DNA of 15,807 nucleotides from an uncultured archaeon (lineage in GTDB: Archaea > Iainarchaeota > Iainarchaeia > Iainarchaeales > GCA-2688035), in assembly GCA_964354805.1 (NCBI GenBank), contig CAYHBD010000046.1, positions 1 to 15,807 on the forward strand, in the 5' to 3' direction. Under the pieces are notes generated by a model, which made no database searches, had not been told where the DNA came from, and saw only the letters and a list, made by a program, of their open reading frames with translations. This document shows positions 7,335 to 15,793 of this stretch, in pieces. The position numbers and the translations under genes are program-made. Numbering within the stretch: position 1 is the stretch's first letter; each line of letters starts with the position of its first letter.

Positions 7335-8387
7335 ATGCCGAAAATAAAGCTTGTTATCTGGGACCTTGACAACACCTTGTGGGATGGAACTGTTTTCTAC
7401 AAGGACAAGGAAGCCATTGAAATAAAGCCAGGCACAAAGGCTGCCTTAAAGGAATTGGACAAAAGAGGAATTACAAGCGTTGTCTGCAGCAAAAACGATT
7501 ACAAGGATGCCGAGGAAATGCTGCAGCGCTTTGAAATAAAGCAATACCTCAAGGAATGCAAAATAGGCTGGGGCCTGAAAAGCAAGGCAGTAAGGGAATT
7601 GATTGAAAGCGCGCATGTCCAGCCAGAGGAAACAATTTTCATTGACGATGACGCATTCCAGAGGGCAGAGGTTGAAAGCGCGGTGCAGGGCATCAACACG
7701 CTTGAATTAAAGGATCCAATCGATGTTTTGAATGTTGAAGGCGTAATACCGGAAAACGCAACAGAAATTGACAAGGAAAGGGTAATCCTGCTAAAGCAGC
7801 AGAGGGACAGGGAGGAAGCTGAAAAGAATTTCACAGGCAGCTATGGCGATTTCCTTAAAACCTGCGCAATCAGGATGAGGGCCAGGTTTGCAAAAGAAGA
7901 GGATTTGCTCAGGGTAGTGCAGCTGCTGAACAGGACAAACGAGCTGAATGCAACAGGAAACAAGTATGAGTTCGAGCAGATTGTGGAAAAACACAGGAAA
8001 GGCAAAATAGAAATCCTTGTTTCAGAGCTGATCGACAGGTTCGGGGAATACGGCCTGATAGCGGAATGCATTTTTGAATGCAATGCAAAAGACGTTTTCA
8101 TAAACGATCTGGCTGTAAGCTGCAGGACAATGGGAAGGGGAATTGGCGGTGCAATGCTGTTGACCTTGCTGAACCATGCAAAGGAAAAGGGCTTTCACAC
8201 TGTAACAGGCTACATCCACCACACAGAAAGCAACTGGAGAATGAAGCCACTGTACGAAAAAAGGGGTTTCCGAGAATCCAAAAAAGAGGAAAACAAAACA
8301 TTCTACCAGTTCGATTTAAAGAAAACCCCGATAGGCCCAATGCCAGAGCACCTAAAAGTGGAATTCAACGGAAAGATGCAGAAATAA
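7335..8387 (+). CDS. FkbH-like protein (HAD subfamily IIIC phosphatase/glyceryl transferase with C-terminal GNAT-like domain)
   Basis: WDLDNTLWDG, CSKND, IFIDDDAFQRAEV, RVVQLLNRTNELNATG, DRFGEYGLI, and VSCRTMGRG with the conserved Cys. Confidence 0.93.
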   Translation: MPKIKLVIWDLDNTLWDGTVFYKDKEAIEIKPGTKAALKELDKRGITSVVCSKNDYKDAEEMLQRFEIKQYLKECKIGWGLKSKAVRELIESAHVQPEETIFIDDDAFQRAEVESAVQGINTLELKDPIDVLNVEGVIPENATEIDKERVILLKQQRDREEAEKNFTGSYGDFLKTCAIRMRARFAKEEDLLRVVQLLNRTNELNATGNKYEFEQIVEKHRKGKIEILVSELIDRFGEYGLIAECIFECNAKDVFINDLAVSCRTMGRGIGGAMLLTLLNHAKEKGFHTVTGYIHHTESNWRMKPLYEKRGFRESKKEENKTFYQFDLKKTPIGPMPEHLKVEFNGKMQK

Positions 8388-8397
8388 AATGCACTGA

Positions 8398-8404
8398 TTT
8401 TTTT
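8398..8404 (+). terminator. Oligo-T tract, putative archaeal terminator at the convergent fkbH-like/GT2 junction
   Basis: T7 run starting 11 nt after the fkbH-like stop. Confidence 0.35.
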
Positions 8405-9290
8405 AAAGCAAAAGTTTTCCATACCTTATGCTGCCAACCAGCCTTGCCGATTTTACTGCAACAACATACATTAATGCAAGGAAAATTATTGCAATTGCAT
8501 GCGCCGGGCTCTTGTTTTTAATCAGGACAATCCCCCTTGGGGAGCACAGCTTCAGCTGTTTGCTGCTGCCAGGCCACAAATTTGCGGCAACCTTAAAATC
8601 CTTTGCCGGGTTTACAAGAAAGCCAAATCGAACATCAAGGAATTCAGCTGCGAGCGCCGGATGCTTTTTGAATAACAAGACATCGTTCTGGTGATAGCGC
8701 AGCCTCTGCAGCAGGTATTTGGCCAAGCCAATTGGGCCACTGGGCATTTTTTCCTGGTGATCATGCAAATAACCAGCTTTCACAATCTTGTACTCATAGC
8801 CTTGCTCCATTATTTTGAAGGTCAGGTCAGTGTCTTCCCTGTAGTAGCCATATGCTTCGTCATAGCCATGCACTTTGATAAGCAGGCTTTTTCTGAAAGC
8901 TGTTGAAGTGCCGCCAAAGTCCCCAAAGCTGCTGACTGCTCCAACCTTGCTGTCAGCGAAAGGCAGAAGCAACTGCTTAAGCCAATTCTTTTCTGCTATG
9001 CAGTCATGGTCCATGTTTACAAGGATCGGGAACCTTGCTATTTTAATGCCCGCATTTCTTGCCCTGCAAACGCCCTGGTTTTTTGCGAAATTAATTATTT
9101 TTATTTTCTTGTTGGCGCTGAATTCCTTTTCCAGCATTCCTGCAGTGCTGTCAGTGCTGCCGTCGTTCACCACAATAACTTCATACTCGCTTGGATAATC
9201 CAGCTTGAGCATTGCATTCAATACTTTTCGCAGGGTTGCGGCATTATTGTGGGTTGGTATCACAATGCTTGCCTTTGGAAAAGAAGCCAT
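8403..9290 (-). CDS. Glycosyltransferase family 2 with C-terminal hydrophobic segment
   Basis: SIVIPTHN, VVNDGSTD, ARNAG, DHD (DxD), GYDE...EDTDL. Confidence 0.93.
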   Translation of the reverse strand: MASFPKASIVIPTHNNAATLRKVLNAMLKLDYPSEYEVIVVNDGSTDSTAGMLEKEFSANKKIKIINFAKNQGVCRARNAGIKIARFPILVNMDHDCIAEKNWLKQLLLPFADSKVGAVSSFGDFGGTSTAFRKSLLIKVHGYDEAYGYYREDTDLTFKIMEQGYEYKIVKAGYLHDHQEKMPSGPIGLAKYLLQRLRYHQNDVLLFKKHPALAAEFLDVRFGFLVNPAKDFKVAANLWPGSSKQLKLCSPRGIVLIKNKSPAHAIAIIFLALMYVVAVKSARLVGSIRYGKLLL

Positions 9291-9308
9291 TCTATTACCT
9301 TCAGCGAA

Positions 9309-10322
9309 TTAAATTTTCTTTTCAGTATAAGTTTTGGGGGTAAGCAGGGGAATCTCGGTGAAATGCATGTACCTGAACTCCTTTGCTCCCTCTTCCTTGG
9401 CCCACCCAATTGTTTTTTCCAAGCCCTCACCCAGAGAAACCTTCGGCTTGTAGCCAAAAAGCTTTTTGGCTTTGCTTATATCGCAGTAAGCGATTTTCAC
9501 ATCGCTCGTCCTTTTCTCGACATACTGAACCTTAAGGCCGCTGCCCATTCTTTTCACGATTTCTTCAGCCAAGTGCTTCACTGTATAAGGCTTGTCTGTT
9601 CCAATGTTCACAGGGTTGTCTACAAGCTTTTTATTTCCAACGATATCGCAGATTGGCTCAACAATATCTGAAATGTAGGTGAATGCCCTCTGCTGCAAGC
9701 CATCGCCAAAGATTATCGGCACTTCGCCCTTCAAGCATTTGTTGATGAATATTGGGACAACCCCCCTGTATGGGTCGTCCATCCTCTGCCTAGGGCCATA
9801 AACATTGAAGAACCTGACAATGTAGGGGTCAATGCCTGCAAGCTCATGGTAAACATGCAGATAATCCTCGAATGCTTTTTTTGTAATTGCATAAGGGTCA
9901 TCAGGCAGCAATGGCGCTGTTTCCTTTATTGGCATCTTGCGCTGGGTTCCATACACTGCAATGCTTGAGGTAAAGACAAAGTTTTGCACGCCTGCATTTA
10001 TTGCCTCTGAAAGCATTATAATGCTTCCCATGAGGTTTGTCTGCGCATTGAATTCAGGAATGAAAACGCTTTGCCCTTCGGCTGCATGCGCTGCAAGGTG
10101 GAATACTGTGTCAACACCCTGCAATGCTTTTTTGCAGTCTTCCCTGCTGCAGCAGTCGCCTTTAATGAATTCAACTTCTTTGCCAAAATAGTGCAGGTTC
10201 TGCCCTCCTCCAATAAGGTTGTCAAGAACAGCCACACCCACTTCTCTTTTGCTTAGTTCATTCACAACGTGCGATCCAATGAAGCCAGCTCCTCCTGTTA
10301 CAAGCGCTTTCCCTATTTTCAT
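9309..10322 (-). CDS. NAD-dependent nucleotide-sugar epimerase/dehydratase (extended SDR)
   Basis: TGGAGFIGS, HLAAHAAEG, FTSS.AVYG, YAITK (YxxxK), RFFNVYGPRQ, FGDG.Q.R.F; GGTGA SD upstream. Confidence 0.93.
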   Translation of the reverse strand: MKIGKALVTGGAGFIGSHVVNELSKREVGVAVLDNLIGGGQNLHYFGKEVEFIKGDCCSREDCKKALQGVDTVFHLAAHAAEGQSVFIPEFNAQTNLMGSIIMLSEAINAGVQNFVFTSSIAVYGTQRKMPIKETAPLLPDDPYAITKKAFEDYLHVYHELAGIDPYIVRFFNVYGPRQRMDDPYRGVVPIFINKCLKGEVPIIFGDGLQQRAFTYISDIVEPICDIVGNKKLVDNPVNIGTDKPYTVKHLAEEIVKRMGSGLKVQYVEKRTSDVKIAYCDISKAKKLFGYKPKVSLGEGLEKTIGWAKEEGAKEFRYMHFTEIPLLTPKTYTEKKI

Positions 10323-10357
10323 TTTGCATTCACCTTCAAAACCTTTTTTTTTACCAT

Positions 10358-11821
10358 TTATACGTGGAGAGGCATTGTTCTTGCCACTGTTAGCACTCTG
10401 TCTGAGATAAATTTTAAAGTCCTTTTGAATCCCAGTCTTCTGTAAGTGCTTCTCAGCTGGTTGAACCTGTACAATGGACCGCCAACCATTTTTATTACCT
10501 TCCTTGGGGCATGCTCTAAAATTACCCTGACAAGGTCAATTGCCGGATACATTATCTTGGGGCAATATACATAGAAAGCCAAAACCTTGTGGTATGCCTC
10601 GATTTTTCTGCTGCTGATTGTTGGCAGGTTAAAGCAGTGTTCATCAAACCAGCCCCTTGTATAATCGCACCGCATCATGCCTTTTTTCGACAGCTCATTG
10701 TACATGTCACTACCCTTATGGGCAGCCATCATTGAAACCTGTATCCCGCCAGGGTTCAGCCTTTTGTTGAATTCAATCGTTTCCCAGATTGTCTGCTCTG
10801 TTTCAGTTGGAGCGCCGATTATATTAAACGAGTAGGTATAAATCCCCATTTTTCTGGCGGCATCAAACGCCTTTATCAGGGTTTCCTTTTTTACTGCTTT
10901 TTTTATTACATTCAGCCTTATGTTGTCGTTTGCTGACTCAACGCCTATTGCAACATCTTCGCAGCCAGCTTTCTTAAGCAATCGCAGCAGTTCCAAGTCA
11001 ATCATGTCAGCCCTTGTGATTATTGAGAAAGGTATCCTGATTTCTTTTGCATACATCTTGAAAAATTTCACTGCCCTTGCCCTGTCAGCCGTAAAAACAT
11101 CGTCAACAAAAGGCAGAAAAGGCGGGTTGTATTTCTGCTTTATGTATCTCATCTCTTTGATCAGATTGGCGGCTGACCTGAATCTGACATATTTTCCTTT
11201 TCCTGCGTAAACTTTTCTCAGCATGTTATTATAGCAATAAGTGCAGTTGAATGGGCAGCCCCTTGAGGACTGGGCAGTTACTTCATATTTGTTGCTTTCA
11301 GCCAAAAAAATGGCCCTGTCCGGAATCGGCAGGGCATCAAGGTCTTCTTGCAATGGCCTGACACTGTTTTTTATTATCTTTCCCTGTTTTGTTTTAAACC
11401 AGAAATTTTTTGTCCTAAAATAGTTCCTGCCTGCAGCCATTTTGTCAACCAGTTCAGCGAAGGCTTCCTCTCCTTCGCCAATGCATATTGCGTCAACGCC
11501 TGCAAGCGATATTGTTTCATCAGGCGAACCACTGACATAGGGGCCGCCTAGTACTACATACGCGCCTTGTTTCTTTGATATAAGTGCAACCTTTTTTATT
11601 ATCTCCCTCTCAAATTCCCTGCAGGTTATGCCAACAATGTCTGGTTTGAATGAATGCAGCCTTTGCAGCAGGTCCTTTTCAAGGTTTTTCCTTACGCTGA
11701 TCTTTGAATCAAAGGCGCTTGTGCTATGGCCGTGCTGCTTTAACACTGCTGATAAGTAAGCAAGACCAAGCGGAATATAGGTCTGCAGCGTTTCATTCGG
11801 GTTAACCAAAAGGATGCGCAT
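10358..11821 (-). CDS. Cobalamin-binding radical SAM protein (class B methyltransferase-like)
   Basis: N-terminal B12-binding domain (PLGLAYLSAVL, PDIVGIT, LGGP, GEGEE), followed by SRGCPFNCTYC, DD.F, GVES, IIG.PTET. Confidence 0.92.
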   Translation of the reverse strand: MRILLVNPNETLQTYIPLGLAYLSAVLKQHGHSTSAFDSKISVRKNLEKDLLQRLHSFKPDIVGITCREFEREIIKKVALISKKQGAYVVLGGPYVSGSPDETISLAGVDAICIGEGEEAFAELVDKMAAGRNYFRTKNFWFKTKQGKIIKNSVRPLQEDLDALPIPDRAIFLAESNKYEVTAQSSRGCPFNCTYCYNNMLRKVYAGKGKYVRFRSAANLIKEMRYIKQKYNPPFLPFVDDVFTADRARAVKFFKMYAKEIRIPFSIITRADMIDLELLRLLKKAGCEDVAIGVESANDNIRLNVIKKAVKKETLIKAFDAARKMGIYTYSFNIIGAPTETEQTIWETIEFNKRLNPGGIQVSMMAAHKGSDMYNELSKKGMMRCDYTRGWFDEHCFNLPTISSRKIEAYHKVLAFYVYCPKIMYPAIDLVRVILEHAPRKVIKMVGGPLYRFNQLRSTYRRLGFKRTLKFISDRVLTVARTMPLHV

Positions 11822-11862
11822 TCACAATCACTTTTTTATTCCAAATTTATTCTTTCTTTCGC

Positions 11863-11889
11863 AAGCCTTTCTTTTCAAAAGAAAGGCTT
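11863..11889. repeat. Perfect 13-bp inverted repeat with 1-nt spacer, at the stop of the SPASM radical SAM gene
   Basis: AAGCCTTTCTTTT-C-AAAAGAAAGGCTT; the arms are exact reverse complements. Confidence 0.85.
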
Positions 11890-12943
11890 AATCTATAAAC
11901 CCTGTTTTAATGCAGTTGTCGCAGACAGTGCTGCTTGTTGCCCTGTGCGCTGCAACAGCTTTCCTTGCTGCAATGTATTGGGCATTGTTCCAGATTGGCT
12001 TGAAGCCCTGTTCAAAAGCGTTTCCAAAATCGAATTTCTCATAATAGCTCGAACAGCAGGGGCTTACGTTGCCGTTCCAGTTTATCACGCTCACAAACCA
12101 GAGAAAATGGCAGAACCGCTTTTGCAGCTTCCTCTGTTTTTTGCCGTAATCATACCTGCTCAACTGCTCATTGCTAGGCAGCCATTTCCGCATGCTTTCA
12201 ACCTTCTGCTCATCTGCTGTAAAGATTTCCCTGCCCATGTCAGAGCGAATGCCGCCTATTGCAAGCTCGTCAATGCCGAGCTGTTGCTTTACCTCTTCCA
12301 GCTTAGGCAATTCTTGCTCGTTGTATTTTGACACAAGGAACTGCCAGATTATTTTCGGGTTGCTTTTGCGCAATTGCTTTCTCTTTCCGGAAACCAATGC
12401 AATATTGTCCCAAACTGTTTTCAGTTTGCCGCCGATTCTGTATTTTTCATAGGTTTGCTGAGTTATGCCGTCCATTGAAATGTACAAAACATCCAAGCCT
12501 GAGTTAACCAAATCACTTGCCTGCTGTTCGCTTAATGCAACATTCAAATTTGTGTTAACGCTTGTCTTGATTCTCTTTTTGTGCGCATAGCCAACCATTT
12601 TAATCAAATCCCTGTTCAGGAATGGCTCGCCCCAGTTGTTCAAGTCGATTTCATACAAATAGGGTGCCATTTCATCGACAACGCGCTTGAATTTTTCAAA
12701 CTGCATTGCTCCCTTGCTTCTCCCTTCTGCTCCCTGGCCAGTAGGGCACAAAGGGCATTGCAGCTGGCAAATGCTGCTTGGGTCAAAGCTCAGCTTAAGC
12801 GGATAGCCGATTAGCCTGCTGTTCTTGAACAAGCCGAATTGCACAAAGAGCCCTATTGCGTTCAGGTATTTCCTTATCCCAAAGTATCGTGTAAAGAGAA
12901 ACCTTCGCAATGACCTTTTTGCCTGGAACAAATAATAGTTCAT
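11888..12943 (-). CDS. Radical SAM protein with C-terminal SPASM/twitch domain
   Basis: CQLQCPLC, WGEPFLN, TN, ISMDG...YEKYRIGG, and C-terminal CHFLW...WNGNVSPCC...FGN...IWN...CDNC. Start set at ATG 12943, which follows a GAGGT SD. Confidence 0.92.
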   Translation of the reverse strand: MNYYLFQAKRSLRRFLFTRYFGIRKYLNAIGLFVQFGLFKNSRLIGYPLKLSFDPSSICQLQCPLCPTGQGAEGRSKGAMQFEKFKRVVDEMAPYLYEIDLNNWGEPFLNRDLIKMVGYAHKKRIKTSVNTNLNVALSEQQASDLVNSGLDVLYISMDGITQQTYEKYRIGGKLKTVWDNIALVSGKRKQLRKSNPKIIWQFLVSKYNEQELPKLEEVKQQLGIDELAIGGIRSDMGREIFTADEQKVESMRKWLPSNEQLSRYDYGKKQRKLQKRFCHFLWFVSVINWNGNVSPCCSSYYEKFDFGNAFEQGFKPIWNNAQYIAARKAVAAHRATSSTVCDNCIKTGFID

Positions 12944-13121
12944 TCGAATAAAACCTCGAGGAGCGTTGCCTGGAATAAATGATAGTGCATTAAAATAACA
13001 GGTGCAATAGCCCAATAAATTTATTTTAAAAAGCGCTTAAATACGGATTTGGTTCAACTATCGAATCAACCTGAAAGCAGGCAGCAAGGCTTTTTATTCT
13101 ATTTCAGTTTAAACATTTAAA
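12944..13121. promoter_or_regulatory. Divergent promoter region (radical SAM operon leftward, GT4-rmlC-rmlD rightward)
   Basis: AT-rich intergenic region with a BRE/TATA-like AAAAAGCGCTTAAATA at 13028-13043. Confidence 0.45.
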
Positions 13122-14270
13122 ATGAGGATCTTTTTCATTACCCACACTTACTCGCTTGGAGGCAGCGGCGGCGGGGAGCAGTTCTGCTACAACTTTCTCA
13201 AAGAACTGAGGCGCAGAGGGCATCAGGTTTTTGTTTTCACGGCAGGCGGAAAACAGTTTGCAGCAGAAGAGAAAAAATTGGGTTTGCAGGTTTACCACTG
13301 CCCAGTGGCGGGGCACCACGCTTTCCACAAATTTGAATATGTTTTGCTTGCACTGAAAGCCGCATCGCTTGCAAAGCGCTTCAAGCCAGATGTGATTCAT
13401 GCCCAGAACGATGTTTTCCCTGCGCTGATCGGGGCTGCCGTAAAGAGAAGCACAAAAAAGCCGTTGGTTGTTGCTGTTGAATACCTGAGCGACCAGGCAG
13501 TGAGCCTGAATTTGAAAATAGTTTTTGCTTTGAACAAGCTGCTGCTGCCGAAAATGCCAGCTGATGCTTTTGTGAGCTGGAGCAAATTCGTTGTGGACAG
13601 GTTCTTTGTGCCTTGGGGCATTGAAAGGAAAAAGATTCACATAGTGCCTGGCGCTGTTGACTTGAAGCCTTTTTTGCGGAAAAGCAAACCGCATCCGCTG
13701 CTGGCAAGGATTGGAAAGAATTTGATTGTCAGCGCAAAGCCATTGCACAGCACTAATGCAGCCGGAATAAGCTATATAATAAAAGCAATGGCAATTGTTG
13801 CAAAAAAGCATCCCGATTGGAAATATGTGATTGTGGGAGAGGGGCAAAGCAAGCCAGAATTGCAGCAGCTTGTGGATGAATTGAATCTGCAGAAAAATGT
13901 TTTTTTGGTTGGGGCATTGCCAAACAGCGAAGTTCCATCAGTTTATGCAGCGGCTGAAATCGTTGCCCACAGTTTTGCCTTCAAGGCAACTACCTCGATT
14001 GCCCTTATGGAGAGCATGGCTGCTGGCAAGGCAATTGTTGCAACCGACAGCGGGGAAGTCAGGCCTACTGTTGCAGACACTGCCTTGCTTGCAGGGCAGA
14101 AGGACGCGAAAAGCATTGCAGGTGCTTTGATGCGATTCATTGAAGACCCTGCATTGAGGGAACAAAAGGGAAAGGCTGCAAGGCAAAGGGCAGTGGAAGA
14201 ATATGCTATTGAGGGTGCTGTTGATAAATTTGAGGAAATTTACAGGCATTGCCTGAAAAGGAAAAAATGA
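13122..14270 (+). CDS. Glycosyltransferase family 4 (GT-B, retaining)
   Basis: GGGEQF, PDVIHAQ, IVPGAVD, IVGEG, ALMESMAAGKAIVATDSG. Confidence 0.93.
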   Translation: MRIFFITHTYSLGGSGGGEQFCYNFLKELRRRGHQVFVFTAGGKQFAAEEKKLGLQVYHCPVAGHHAFHKFEYVLLALKAASLAKRFKPDVIHAQNDVFPALIGAAVKRSTKKPLVVAVEYLSDQAVSLNLKIVFALNKLLLPKMPADAFVSWSKFVVDRFFVPWGIERKKIHIVPGAVDLKPFLRKSKPHPLLARIGKNLIVSAKPLHSTNAAGISYIIKAMAIVAKKHPDWKYVIVGEGQSKPELQQLVDELNLQKNVFLVGALPNSEVPSVYAAAEIVAHSFAFKATTSIALMESMAAGKAIVATDSGEVRPTVADTALLAGQKDAKSIAGALMRFIEDPALREQKGKAARQRAVEEYAIEGAVDKFEEIYRHCLKRKK

Positions 14271-14315
14271 AACCTTTTATTACCTTTATTTGATTAATCT
14301 TTATTGGGAATTGCC

Positions 14316-14807
14316 ATGGAAAAACAGCGGTTGATTGAAGGCGTTGTTGTAAAAGAGCTGAAAGTGATAGCCGATGGCAGGGGCAGGCTGTTTGAAATGC
14401 TGAGAAGCGACTGGCCCTTGTTTGAAAGGTTTGGCCAGGCATACATTACAACCTGCAAGCCAGGCTATGCAAAGGCATGGCATTGCCACAGAAGCCAAAA
14501 AGACAATCTGATTGTTGTGAAGGGAAAGGCAAGGATTGGCTTGTGGGATGGGAGAAAAGATTCGCCTACTTTTGGAAAGACAAACGAATTCGTTGCAAGC
14601 GGGGAAAAGCCAACGCTGCTGCTGGTTCCGGAAAACGTTTTCCACGGCTTCAGCGCTTTGGGCAAAGCCGAGGCAATGCTGGTAAACATTCCAACAAACC
14701 TTTTCAATTATGAGCACCCTGATGAGCTGCGGAAACCATTCAATTCAAGTGAAATAAAATTTGAGTGGGGTGCAAGAAAAGGCGACATGCTGCAAACAGA
14801 AGAGTGA
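14316..14807 (+). CDS. rmlC: dTDP-4-dehydrorhamnose 3,5-epimerase family (RmlC-like cupin)
   Basis: IEGV...DGRGRLFE, KAWHCH..Q.D, DGRKDSPTFG, LLVPENVFHGF; adjacent to rmlD. ATG 14316 preferred over TTG 14304. Confidence 0.88.
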   Translation: MEKQRLIEGVVVKELKVIADGRGRLFEMLRSDWPLFERFGQAYITTCKPGYAKAWHCHRSQKDNLIVVKGKARIGLWDGRKDSPTFGKTNEFVASGEKPTLLLVPENVFHGFSALGKAEAMLVNIPTNLFNYEHPDELRKPFNSSEIKFEWGARKGDMLQTEE

Positions 14808-14842
14808 AGCAGGGGTGCGAAAGATTTTGGGATTGAAGGCGC

Positions 14843-15775
14843 ATGGCAAAGAAATTGGCATCCGGCAAACAGAGAAGTGAGGCGTTGAATTTGCATAACT
14901 GCCTTGTCATAGGCTATGGATTGCTTGGCAAAAAGCTGGCTGATGTGCTTGCAGAGAGAGGCATCCGGTTTTCAGTTGCAGGCAATGATGTTGGCTTTTG
15001 GGAAGGCAAAATAAAATTGGACATTAGAGAGAAGGATGCTGTTGAAGCGGTTTTTGCTGAAAAGAAGCCTGATGTCGTTTTTCTGGCTGCCGCTGTAAGC
15101 AATGTTGACTTCTGCGAACAAAACAGGGAAATTGCTTTTGCCGTAAACGTTGAAGGCGCAAAAAATGTAGCGCTTGCATGCAAAAGGCATGGCAGCTTAC
15201 TTGTTTTTTACTCAAGCGATTTTGTTTTCAACGGCAGCAAGGGAAATTACAGCGAGGAAGACAAGGCAGATCCAGTAAATGTTTACGGGCTTTCAAAAGC
15301 AATGGCTGAAAAAGCCATCCAAAAAATAACCCATGGCTGCATTATAATCAGAACCTCTACTTTGTACGGTGCATTTGAATCGGGAAAAAAGGCGGAAACC
15401 AAAAAGGGCAGCTTTGTGCAATGGGTGTATGAATCTTTGAAGCAGGGAAAGCAAATAAGCGTTGTAACCGACCAGACAACAAATCCAACGCTTGTTGATG
15501 ACCTGGCTGCTGTGTCAATCGCGCTTGTTGAAAAAAAACAGGTGGGCATTTTCAACGTTGCGGGCAAAACAGCGCTGAGCAGGGCTCTGTTTGCCGAAAA
15601 AATAGCTGAACGGTTTGGTTTGCAGCAGGAGCTGATCAAGCCGATTTTAAGCAGGGAACTGAATCAAGCAGCCAAAAGGCCTGCCAACAGCTCGCTTTCA
15701 ATGAAAAAGCTGAATAGCATTGGAATCAGCACAAAGAGCGTTGCTGAAGGTTTAGCGCTGTTAAGCGAAATTTAA
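14843..15775 (+). CDS. rmlD: dTDP-4-dehydrorhamnose reductase
   Basis: GYGLLG, AAVSNVDFCE, YSSDFVFNG, PVNVYGLSKAMAE, VVTDQ..NPT, KRPANSSL. Confidence 0.92.
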   Translation: MAKKLASGKQRSEALNLHNCLVIGYGLLGKKLADVLAERGIRFSVAGNDVGFWEGKIKLDIREKDAVEAVFAEKKPDVVFLAAAVSNVDFCEQNREIAFAVNVEGAKNVALACKRHGSLLVFYSSDFVFNGSKGNYSEEDKADPVNVYGLSKAMAEKAIQKITHGCIIIRTSTLYGAFESGKKAETKKGSFVQWVYESLKQGKQISVVTDQTTNPTLVDDLAAVSIALVEKKQVGIFNVAGKTALSRALFAEKIAERFGLQQELIKPILSRELNQAAKRPANSSLSMKKLNSIGISTKSVAEGLALLSEI

Positions 15776-15793
15776 TTGCTTTAATTTAAGCGC

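Noticed and set aside
11888-12943. RiPP maturase role for the SPASM-type radical SAM
   Set aside because: No precursor peptide, RRE domain, peptidase or transporter nearby. The short cysteine set and sugar context fit a twitch-type sugar enzyme better.
12944-13015. Cys-containing N-terminal extension of the SPASM enzyme given in the ORF track
   Set aside because: It depends on an upstream TTG within the promoter region, whereas ATG 12943 has a GAGGT SD.
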